Origin: an uncultured Prevotellaceae bacterium
GTDB lineage: Bacteria; Bacteroidota; Bacteroidia; Bacteroidales; Bacteroidaceae
Length of the DNA: 64,000 nucleotides
Assembly: GCA_900316985.1 (NCBI GenBank)
Contig: ONFE01000040.1
Span: forward strand, 1,039 to 65,038
Direction of reading: 5' to 3'
Shown here one piece after another: positions 48,630-57,776 of this stretch; position 1 is the first letter of the stretch, and every line of letters starts with the position of its first letter. Both the position numbers and the translations under genes were made by a program. The notes under the pieces are model-generated. The model was not told the DNA's origin. It saw only the letters and a program-made list of their open reading frames with translations, and did not search any database.

Positions 48630-48703
48630 GATACTTACGCTCGGCAAAGCAAAAATAAACTCGTTTCTTTTTGCATTTGTGCTCGCTTATATGTATCTTT
48701 GCA
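48630..48703. repeat. Promoter-linked palindromic element upstream of pdxK
   Basis: Reverse complement TGCAAAGATACATATAAGCGAGCACAAATGCAAAAAGAAACGAGTTTATTTTTGCTTTGCCGAGCGTAAGTATC resembles 10405-10480. Confidence 0.65.
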
Positions 48704-48709
48704 GCCGAA

Positions 48710-49528
48710 ATGGCAAAGAAGCAGATATTACTCATCAACGATCTGGCAGGCTACGGCAAGGTGGCAACGGCCGCCATGCTGCCCATATTGAGTTATATGG
48801 GCTACCCAGTCTATAACATGCCCACGGCATTGGTGAGCAACACATTGGACTACGGGAAGTTCAATATTCTGGAGACCACCGACTATATGCAGGGCGTCTT
48901 TCCGGTTTGGAAAGAACTGGGGTTCTCTTTCGATGCCATCGCCACTGGTTTTATCTGTTCTGAAAGACAGGCCAAGATGGTATCCTCCTATTGTCGTGAA
49001 CAGGCAGAACGGGGCACGCTGATATTCGTGGATCCCATCATGGGCGACGAAGGAAAACTCTACAATGGCGTGACGGAAGACCGTGTGGAATGCATGCGCG
49101 AGATGATCAGTGTGGCACATCTCATTTTCCCTAACTACACCGAGGCAACCTATCTTACCAAGACTCCCTATCAGTCTGAAGGTGTCACCTATCGCGAAGC
49201 CCGTGAACTGCTCGATAAACTCCGTCGTTTGGGCACCCGTTCAGCGCTCATCACTAGCATCTTGGTGGATGGTCATCCGTCGGTGGTAGGCTTCAACCAT
49301 TACACCGGCAATTATTTCCTGCTCCCCTACGAGGAGATTCCAGTCCATTTCCCTGGCACAGGTGATATGTTCTCGGCCATTCTCATCGGTCATCTGCTTA
49401 AAGGAAAACCGTTAAAGGCAAGCACGCGCGAAGCCATGGATGCCCTCTATCGCCTCATCGACGTGAACAAAGACAACGAGGACAAGAACCGCGGTATCCC
49501 CGTGGAGCAGTGGCTGAGGCTGCTTTAG
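48710..49528 (+). CDS. pdxK: Pyridoxal/pyridoxamine kinase
   Basis: NDLAGYGKVA, VDPIMGDEGKLY, PNYTEA, FPGTGDMFSA; start trimmed to MAKKQ. Confidence 0.9.
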   Translation: MAKKQILLINDLAGYGKVATAAMLPILSYMGYPVYNMPTALVSNTLDYGKFNILETTDYMQGVFPVWKELGFSFDAIATGFICSERQAKMVSSYCREQAERGTLIFVDPIMGDEGKLYNGVTEDRVECMREMISVAHLIFPNYTEATYLTKTPYQSEGVTYREARELLDKLRRLGTRSALITSILVDGHPSVVGFNHYTGNYFLLPYEEIPVHFPGTGDMFSAILIGHLLKGKPLKASTREAMDALYRLIDVNKDNEDKNRGIPVEQWLRLL

Positions 49529-49542
49529 GAAATCTGAAACAA
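49481..49542 (+). repeat. Direct repeat copy 1 (pdxK 3' end)
   Basis: Matches 50258-50319 with 5 mismatches in 62 bp (2 in the first 50). Confidence 0.92.
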
Positions 49543-49548
49543 GGAATT

Positions 49549-49920
49549 TCAAAACACACCTACCCAACCGAATCTGCGTACTATTTCACGTAGAAGATTG
49601 CGGTCGCTAACCGGAATAGTGATAGCGATAGTCTCTTTCTCCTTACTGTTAGTTACTGCATTAGCAGATTCCAACTCATACTGCGTCTGTGCAGACAACA
49701 GAACCTTTGCAGGCAGTCCGATGGCCGATTCTATCTTTACGGCCAAGTCTGTTGTAAGCGCACGCTTGCCGTTCAGCACCTCACTCAGATGCGAAGCCTG
49801 AACACCAATCATCGTAGCGAAATCCTTCTGACTGATTCCGCGCTCCTTCAGTTCAGGTTTAATCATCATACCTGGGTGCACTGCCATGAAGGGTGCAGGG
49901 TTCTCATTTTTTGTTTCCAT
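49549..49920 (-). CDS. higA: HigA-family antitoxin (XRE HTH)
   Basis: AVHPGMMIKPEL, HLSEVLNGKRALT; overlaps the upstream toxin stop. Confidence 0.88.
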   Translation of the reverse strand: METKNENPAPFMAVHPGMMIKPELKERGISQKDFATMIGVQASHLSEVLNGKRALTTDLAVKIESAIGLPAKVLLSAQTQYELESANAVTNSKEKETIAITIPVSDRNLLREIVRRFGWVGVF

Positions 49921-50170
49921 AATGTGTATCGTCTAAACTTAAAACCGTAATACTTATTCCACCGTCAAATTCTCTAAAAAGGATGCGCTCCACCATTCCG
50001 TTGACCACTCTGATGGGCAGGTCGCTTGCTGCGTCAACTAGTCGCATATAGTTGTATGCCGTGGCGAGCGCCTTCATGAACTTCGCATTACGGGTGTACT
50101 TTTTATATTTGCTGTTACGCCCCGTTGTAATCAGTTCTTCCAAGTCCCTGTCTTCAAAGACTATCTTCAT
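49904..50170 (-). CDS. higB: HigB/RelE-like toxin, apparently with an in-frame internal deletion
   Basis: MKIVFEDRDLEEL...IRVVNG.VERILF..DTHYG. Appears about 20 aa shorter than homologs as I recall them (unverified). Confidence 0.7.
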   Translation of the reverse strand: MKIVFEDRDLEELITTGRNSKYKKYTRNAKFMKALATAYNYMRLVDAASDLPIRVVNGMVERILFREFDGGISITVLSLDDTHYGNKK

Positions 50171-50257
50171 ATTATGCCGTATTTTTGTTTGCAAAAATAA
50201 GATAAAATTCCCAAATATGGGAATAGTTAACTAAATAATTACCACTTTTTAACTTAA

Positions 50258-50319
50258 GACAAGAACCGCGGCATCCCCGTGGAGCAGTGGCTGAGGCTGC
50301 TATAGGATTTTTGAAACAA
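50258..50319 (+). repeat. Direct repeat copy 2 (duplicated pdxK 3' end)
   Basis: GACAAGAACCGCGGCATCCCCGTGGAGCAGTGGCTGAGGCTGCTATAGGA..., 777 bp from copy 1. Confidence 0.92.
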
Positions 50320-50546
50320 ATATCCCGTCAGTTGGCAGGTTTATGCTGTCAGCAATAATGCTGCTATGATGCCAAGACCTTCCGCAGCAATCTTACCCTT
50401 CCATGAGTCATCAGTCAACTTGTGCTCGATGATGTAGTCACGCATTTTCGTTCACCACACTTTGCTTTGCAGTAATATCCATAGCGATTCATCGAAATAG
50501 GCAAACTCATTTTATGATTAAGGTGTCACTTACCTGACCCTTGACA

Positions 50547-51191
50547 CTATTGCAATATTAAGTTAAACTTTCCAACAATGTCAATTGAACCGTATTCTTC
50601 GTCGGGCAGATTCTTCAACCTGTACTCGCCAGTGTATTTCATATCCTTCCCGTCTTTGGAGGGAGTGGAATCAGTAAAAGTCAGGCATCCTTCCAACGCG
50701 GTGAATTCTAGGTCATCAGGCACTTTCACCCCCCCAACGCCGAGGGGTAGTTCGGCGGATTGGTCGGCCTTCATCTGTTCAAGCAGTTTCTGCTCGTAGT
50801 AGTTGCCCCCGCCAGAGTATGTGCGGTCTGTGAGCGAGCTGTACTGGATGGGGTATTCCTTCCCGATGACAGGGAAGTTCTCTCCATCTGTGATGGGGAT
50901 GCCAATGAGCACGAGCCAACTTTCGTGAATCGAGTGGGCCGTATTGTCACGTAGTACGAACTGGAGGTAGGCTACCGAGTCGTTGCTGATGAGGAACTTG
51001 CCAGAGCCGTGCAATGGGGTGCAAAAGAAACTGTTCGAAAGAGCCTCGGCAACCGTGAGATAATCTCGATACGCTTTGCCGTTGATGACAGCTGAGCCAA
51101 AGTTGGTTTCCTGTTCCAGCAGTTCATATTTTTTGCTGCATGCAGACAAGAGCATGCCTACGGTTAAGACAAGCAAATATGTTTTTTTCAT
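50547..51191 (-). CDS. Hypothetical lipoprotein
   Basis: Lipobox LSAC; no family recognised. Confidence 0.7.
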   Translation of the reverse strand: MKKTYLLVLTVGMLLSACSKKYELLEQETNFGSAVINGKAYRDYLTVAEALSNSFFCTPLHGSGKFLISNDSVAYLQFVLRDNTAHSIHESWLVLIGIPITDGENFPVIGKEYPIQYSSLTDRTYSGGGNYYEQKLLEQMKADQSAELPLGVGGVKVPDDLEFTALEGCLTFTDSTPSKDGKDMKYTGEYRLKNLPDEEYGSIDIVGKFNLILQ

Positions 51192-51207
51192 AAAGTAAAT
51201 TTAAGAC

Positions 51208-51576
51208 CTATAAGTTTACGTATCCCCAATAGCAGTGTTGGCCTTGGAATATCTCAATAATATAAGTTCCTGTAAGATATGAAGGTAATGTTATTCTTTG
51301 ACATCCGCCACCTATTATAGTAGCAAATTCCACTTCTCCATCTTCATTATACAACAGGACTTCACCTTCTTGGATTGAAGATAAGAAAATTAAGGAATGT
51401 TCTTCTATCCCAACTGATGGTGCTTTAACTGGAGATTTCCTAATGGGCTTAGCAGCATCTGTCGGATCAAGACTTCTTGTTTGAAGAATGATTTCTTCAC
51501 ATGTTACATGTTGCATATCTGCGAAACTATAGCAGACAAGTAGCAGTAAGCTAAATACTAATGTTAATCTTTTCAT
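51208..51576 (-). CDS. DUF3244-like small secreted Ig-fold protein
   Basis: Signal peptide; C-terminal ITLPSYLTGTYIIEI..YWGYVNL; sits directly downstream of a TPR regulator. Confidence 0.7.
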   Translation of the reverse strand: MKRLTLVFSLLLLVCYSFADMQHVTCEEIILQTRSLDPTDAAKPIRKSPVKAPSVGIEEHSLIFLSSIQEGEVLLYNEDGEVEFATIIGGGCQRITLPSYLTGTYIIEIFQGQHCYWGYVNL

Positions 51577-51738
51577 TTTTATAATGTTTTTTGTTTTGAC
51601 GATGCAAAGGTACAATGGTTATAGAATATAAGAAGTTTTGCCTTCATTTTCAGTAAGTCAAATGAAGACAAAAACAATAATACCCCCCTAAAATCAATTA
51701 TATATCAGGGAGTTGCAAAATTTTTAAGTCAGATTAAA

Positions 51739-53484
51739 TCAATCGGTCTTTATGAGCTGCAAGAGTCCGGCTTTTAGGGTCTGCGCCCCTTTCTCATTGA
51801 AGATTTTCTTATTGGCACGAGACTTTGCTGTTGTGACAGTTTGTGGGATTGAATCTGTTAGGTTGACTATGGCGCTATCTTCAAAGTCTAAGATTAGAAG
51901 CACACAGGCATGGAGTTCCAAAGGCGAAAGTTTCTTTTCTTTAGCAAGTACTTTATATGCATTCGGCATATCTTTACTAAACTGCATCTCCAATGCCCTC
52001 CATTCTGCTTTGTTTGGCACAGGGTTGTCTGATCTGAAATCCTTCTTCTTGCGAAACACCTCAACTATTTTGCTATTTTCGAAACTATTTAGATCATCAA
52101 TCGCGGATGGAAGTCCCGTGGCATCTGCAAGTTCTTCAATTGTCTGTTTCAGTTCTCTTCCCTTCTGTTCCTTTTCTGCAATAAGTTTCTTATATTCCCT
52201 GTCTTTTAGCCTTTGTAGTTCTTCTTGTGTATTTTGGTATTCCTTCTTTGCGTAGGCAAGAGATTCTGCCAACTTGCTTATTTTCTGCTGCTGCTTCCTC
52301 TTGTAGCCTCTGTAAACATAGAAAAGCAATATCCCACCCAAAGCCACAGATATGAGTATACCGATAATCCACAGACGCGCATTTCTGGCTTTCTGCGCTT
52401 CAGTCTCTGCTTCTTTCTGGCTGCGACTATAATTATAAAGTGCTGACATTTGGTGAATTGCATCAGTCTGCATTTTTTTGTGCAAAGAGTCAATTGAATT
52501 TTCGTATAGAATGGAATAGTGCATGACAGAATCTACATTCCTTTTTTCTCTGTAGATAGACAGCATGCCTTTGTACGCATCATTTAAATGCCCATATTCA
52601 ATTGCTTTTCTAAAATATCTCTCTGCTGATGCAGTATTGCTTATTGCCAGTTCGTAATATCCTTTTATGTTGTAATACGCTTCTCTTCCTCTTGCTATAT
52701 TTCCATCTTCGTTAAAAAGCCCAGACTCTTGTTCGAATATTTCCATTGCATGACGAGCCCTGACTAACTCGCCACGTTCAATATAAAGGTAAATTGATGC
52801 TACCAAGGCATCTGCAGCCTCCTTGTCTTCTCCTAATTGTTTCAGTGACAAATAGGTCTCGTTGATAATTTTTAAGATACTGTCTTTCTCATTCAAGAGA
52901 TAGTAAGGCCTCATCATTTGTTGCCTTGCAATTATATACTCCTTCGCTGTATCTGTTCTTCGTATATAATCAATATAATGCCTCAGAGCCCATATTTCAT
53001 CTTCTGGAAGATTTTGCTTATGGAATATCTGAGACATTTGGCCATATACAGCAATCAGCGTGTTATAATCGAAATCGGCTCTTGCCGTGTCAGCCGATTC
53101 TATAGCATCATAATAAGCCTGCAACGCCTCAGGGGCTTCACCCATATCGCTATGTACTCTTCCTAAAAGATAATAGGCAAGCATTCGTTCATTTGCGTCT
53201 TCACCCTTGTAGTACTTGACGACATCCTTTATAATCGAATCAGATGTAAATTGTACGTCAGCCTTGTTTTCTGCTTTCATTTTTACAAGTTCATAGTACA
53301 TTCTTTCACTCCTGCCCCAATCTTCCTTATTTTGTTCTAACCTCGTCAATACAACAAGTGCAGAATCTGGGTCGGTATCAGCAATCTTACTGACGACTTC
53401 TAACTGAGTTGTCACATTTTTGCCGTTGCATCCTAATAGGGCGACGACAATCATACTTATATATATGTAAGCAAGTCTCTTCAT
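51739..53484 (-). CDS. Membrane-spanning TPR sensor with a C-terminal LuxR-like HTH
   Basis: Lipobox LLGC, TPRs (AYYLLGRVHSD), TM helix, coiled coil, LSPLELHACVLI..TAKSRANKK. Start trimmed to MKRLAY. Confidence 0.75.
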   Translation of the reverse strand: MKRLAYIYISMIVVALLGCNGKNVTTQLEVVSKIADTDPDSALVVLTRLEQNKEDWGRSERMYYELVKMKAENKADVQFTSDSIIKDVVKYYKGEDANERMLAYYLLGRVHSDMGEAPEALQAYYDAIESADTARADFDYNTLIAVYGQMSQIFHKQNLPEDEIWALRHYIDYIRRTDTAKEYIIARQQMMRPYYLLNEKDSILKIINETYLSLKQLGEDKEAADALVASIYLYIERGELVRARHAMEIFEQESGLFNEDGNIARGREAYYNIKGYYELAISNTASAERYFRKAIEYGHLNDAYKGMLSIYREKRNVDSVMHYSILYENSIDSLHKKMQTDAIHQMSALYNYSRSQKEAETEAQKARNARLWIIGILISVALGGILLFYVYRGYKRKQQQKISKLAESLAYAKKEYQNTQEELQRLKDREYKKLIAEKEQKGRELKQTIEELADATGLPSAIDDLNSFENSKIVEVFRKKKDFRSDNPVPNKAEWRALEMQFSKDMPNAYKVLAKEKKLSPLELHACVLLILDFEDSAIVNLTDSIPQTVTTAKSRANKKIFNEKGAQTLKAGLLQLIKTD

Positions 53485-54031
53485 ATTCCGTTCATCCTTT
53501 GTTGATGGAGGCAAATATATGCCCAGTATTATTGGGGGTGCAAAGGTACTAAAACAATCCGAATCGGGCAACGATTTTAAGTTTATTAAGCGGTTCAAAG
53601 CCTATTTTGTGATAGTAAAGTTTGGTAGTTTCAAAAATTCTTCGTACCCTTCACCCGATGAAGGGTTATAGATTTAGGCTGGTAACTCTGAGTCGGAGTT
53701 CTTTGAAAGCAATCCAAAGCAGAACGTGGAATTGAGAACGGTTTCCAAATCGTAACCCACCACATTTCCCAATCCCCCGAACTGCCTTTATTTATTAGAA
53801 AGATTGCTTTTTCTTCCAAAATTACTGAATAAATCGGTTTTTCGCATATGCAGAGGTGTAATTTATAATTATTTAAATCGTCGGGGGATGTTGTAACTAT
53901 TCTGCACCCTCTCACTTTCTTAAACAAAAATCTTCAAAAACTAACACGACCCGGTTAGCGTTATGGTTATCGTTATCGTTAAAATAATGGGTTGTGTTAC
54001 TTTGAAAAATACTCTAACGAGAAATATGTTG

Positions 54032-54456
54032 AAAAATAGGTTAAGCCTACACTAATCAATGTATTGTGTTGGTCTATAGTGTGTTAAGGTATGTAGGCTG
54101 CCTACATAAGCCTACACTGAGCCTACACTATTGGCAGATTGACTTTCAAGATATAAGGGTTTTTCAGCGAAATAATGGTGTTATCCATTGGTTATCAAGT
54201 AGTTTTGAAATAGTTTTGATAATGAAAACTGGTAGTTTTAATGGAGAAAACTGTGAGTTTTGATGAGGAAAACTGACAGTTTTATTTGTTAGAACTGATG
54301 CAAACTATTACCAGAAAAGAGTTGAATGATGTGATATTGACCGCTAAAATGTAGAGTTAGTGTAGGCTCTATGTAGGCTTGTGTAGGCAGCCTACATTAG
54401 TTAACGCGTTTATTATGAATAGGTTAAGCGGGTTAGTGTAGGCTTAACCTATTTTT
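54032..54456. mobile_element. Non-coding element with composite 99-bp inverted arms (MITE-like)
   Basis: Perfect 24-bp IR (54032-54055 / 54433-54456), 35-bp spacers on both sides, and a 40-bp IR at 37/40 identity (54091-54130 / 54358-54397). No transposase or TSD seen. Confidence 0.6.
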
Positions 54457-54541
54457 GAAGAAAATCCTCAGAAAATTTTCTCATTGACAACAGCTCTGTT
54501 CGTCACCTCATTTTTGTCCACGGGATGGAATGGAGGAAAGG

Positions 54542-56179
54542 CTAGAAATCGGGAGCTTTCTGGAACTCCATTATTTCATCGGTCAGCGGATGGGTGAAAG
54601 AGAGGTATTCGGCATGAAGGTAAAGACGGTCAGAATGGAAACCGTAGAGGTCATCGCCAACAATCGGCATTCCCAATCCGTCTTGGTGGGCACAATGCAC
54701 ACGCAACTGGTGGGTGCGGCCGGTATGGGGTGTGAGCAAAACACGGTAATACGGTCCTTCCTGGCCGATAAATTCATAATCGGTCACCGCTGGTTTTCCC
54801 TCTTCGTAATCTACTACTTGTCGCGGACGGTCTAAGTAATCTGGGGCGAGAGGGAGAGAGATAACCCCCCTCTGACTCCCCCGAGGGGGAGGAAGAGAAC
54901 CACCCCTGCCCTCCCTGTTTAGGGAGTTTTTATCCGCTTCAGAAGTATTTTCTCCCTCCCTTTGGGAGGGATTAAGGGTGGGTTGTACCATTGCCACATA
55001 GCGTTTCTTCACTTCGCGCTGCTCGAACTGTCGCTGCAGTTGTTTATAGGCAAACTCGGTTTTGGCCACCACGATGATGCCGCTGGTGGCCTGGTCGAGC
55101 CGGTGAACCATCATAGGACCCGTTGCATTCGGGAAACGTTGGCGCATGATGTCGTAAAGCGAAATCTCTCCCGTGTTGCCTGGGACCGATAGCAGTCCTT
55201 CGGGTTTGACTACTACGGCTATTTGGTCATCAACGAAAAGAGTTTGGACGTAAACACCTGCTCCCTCCCTTCGGGAGGGCTGGGGTGGGCTTCCTCCCTC
55301 CCTTCGGGAGGGTAAGGGGTGGGCCAATTGCCAACTCAGTATAGGCTTGCACTTGCCGTTGCAGGCGGGATAGAACTGGAAATGATGGCGGATTTCGCGC
55401 TTCGGACTCTCTCCCCACCAGAATTCGGCAATGGCCAGCGGCTTCAGGCCATGCTGGAAGGCATACTGGAACAATTTAGGCGCACAGCATTCGCCTGTAC
55501 CGCCTGGCGGTAACGGGAACTTGCGCAACAGCTTCGGCGAATTATGGTAATCGCGCCAAATGTCCACCACATTGCGCACCTCTCCCTTATAATTAATAAG
55601 GTTGTATTGTTCGAAGAGCCAAAGCAGCAGGTCGTTTGACATCTGCTTGCGCTGGTGTTTGAGGGAAAGAAGCCCCCCTCTGTCCCCCCGAAGGGGGGAG
55701 GATTCGGATTCTGAAGAAAGATTCGATGGAACCTTCCCCCCTTCGGGGGGATTGAGGGGGGCTTGTAACGCTTCAATCTCCTTGTTTAGGGCGGAAATTT
55801 TTGCTTCGGTCTGTTTGAAATGGCCGTCGGGCTGTTGCGCATCGAATATGGGCGGAACGAACCAATCCCAATCGTTGCGGCCCGCCAACAGGCCGGCATA
55901 GGCGGCGAGGAAACTAACCCCCCTCTGACTCCCCCGAGGGGGAGCATCTTGAACGGGCTCTTGCTCTCCCCCTCGGGGGAGTTGGAGGGGGGTTACTATT
56001 AATACCCCGAACATTTCTCCTTTCTCGGCATCGGCCAAAAGCTCCTCGTGTGCGCGTACATATTTCTTTACCTCCTCGGCAGCTAACAGGCACAGGGGAT
56101 GCGGCTCATAGTTGAACGGGTTGTTCAGCTGTGAGGGCGGCTCGATGTCGGTTTGAAGCGGATGTACTCGCAGATTCAT
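54542..56179 (-). CDS. rluA: RluA-family pseudouridine synthase with Bacteroidetes N-terminal extension
   Basis: VVVKPEGLLSVPG, catalytic HRLDQATSG, TGRTHQLRVH, IVGDDLYG, LHA. Nine palindromic inserts. Confidence 0.92.
   Translation of the reverse strand: MNLRVHPLQTDIEPPSQLNNPFNYEPHPLCLLAAEEVKKYVRAHEELLADAEKGEMFGVLIVTPLQLPRGGEQEPVQDAPPRGSQRGVSFLAAYAGLLAGRNDWDWFVPPIFDAQQPDGHFKQTEAKISALNKEIEALQAPLNPPEGGKVPSNLSSESESSPLRGDRGGLLSLKHQRKQMSNDLLLWLFEQYNLINYKGEVRNVVDIWRDYHNSPKLLRKFPLPPGGTGECCAPKLFQYAFQHGLKPLAIAEFWWGESPKREIRHHFQFYPACNGKCKPILSWQLAHPLPSRREGGSPPQPSRREGAGVYVQTLFVDDQIAVVVKPEGLLSVPGNTGEISLYDIMRQRFPNATGPMMVHRLDQATSGIIVVAKTEFAYKQLQRQFEQREVKKRYVAMVQPTLNPSQREGENTSEADKNSLNREGRGGSLPPPRGSQRGVISLPLAPDYLDRPRQVVDYEEGKPAVTDYEFIGQEGPYYRVLLTPHTGRTHQLRVHCAHQDGLGMPIVGDDLYGFHSDRLYLHAEYLSFTHPLTDEIMEFQKAPDF
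54862..55995. repeat. Nine GC-rich hairpin elements at four in-frame sites in rluA
   Basis: 54862-54891, 54898-54926, 54952-54982, 55261-55290, 55294-55324, 55672-55700, 55732-55762, 55915-55944, 55964-55995. Confidence 0.9.
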
Positions 56180-56216
56180 AGATGCCAGGCAAGCGGATTT
56201 TGTTCAGACTAAAGAA

Positions 56217-56247
56217 AGAAGCCGCATCTTGAACAGGTGCGGCTTCT
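56217..56247 (-). terminator. Intrinsic terminator of eno
   Basis: AGAAGCCGCATCT-tgaac-AGGTGCGGCTTCT stem with a T-rich tail on the minus strand. Confidence 0.8.
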
Positions 56248-56265
56248 TCTATGGGAAGTGATGGA

Positions 56266-57656
<1,391 letters not shown>

Positions 57657-57776
57657 GGACTTGCAATCTTTTATCGTGCAAAGATAAAAATAAAAAGGCA
57701 ATAACGTGAGTGTTGCCTTTTTCTCTTAATCTTTTTTAATATTATAAGGTGACGATTGAAATGCAGGGGTTGCAAA

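Noticed and set aside
53631-53927. 98-aa ORF in the AT-rich region
   Set aside because: No recognisable motif or signal; probably spurious or a decayed fragment.
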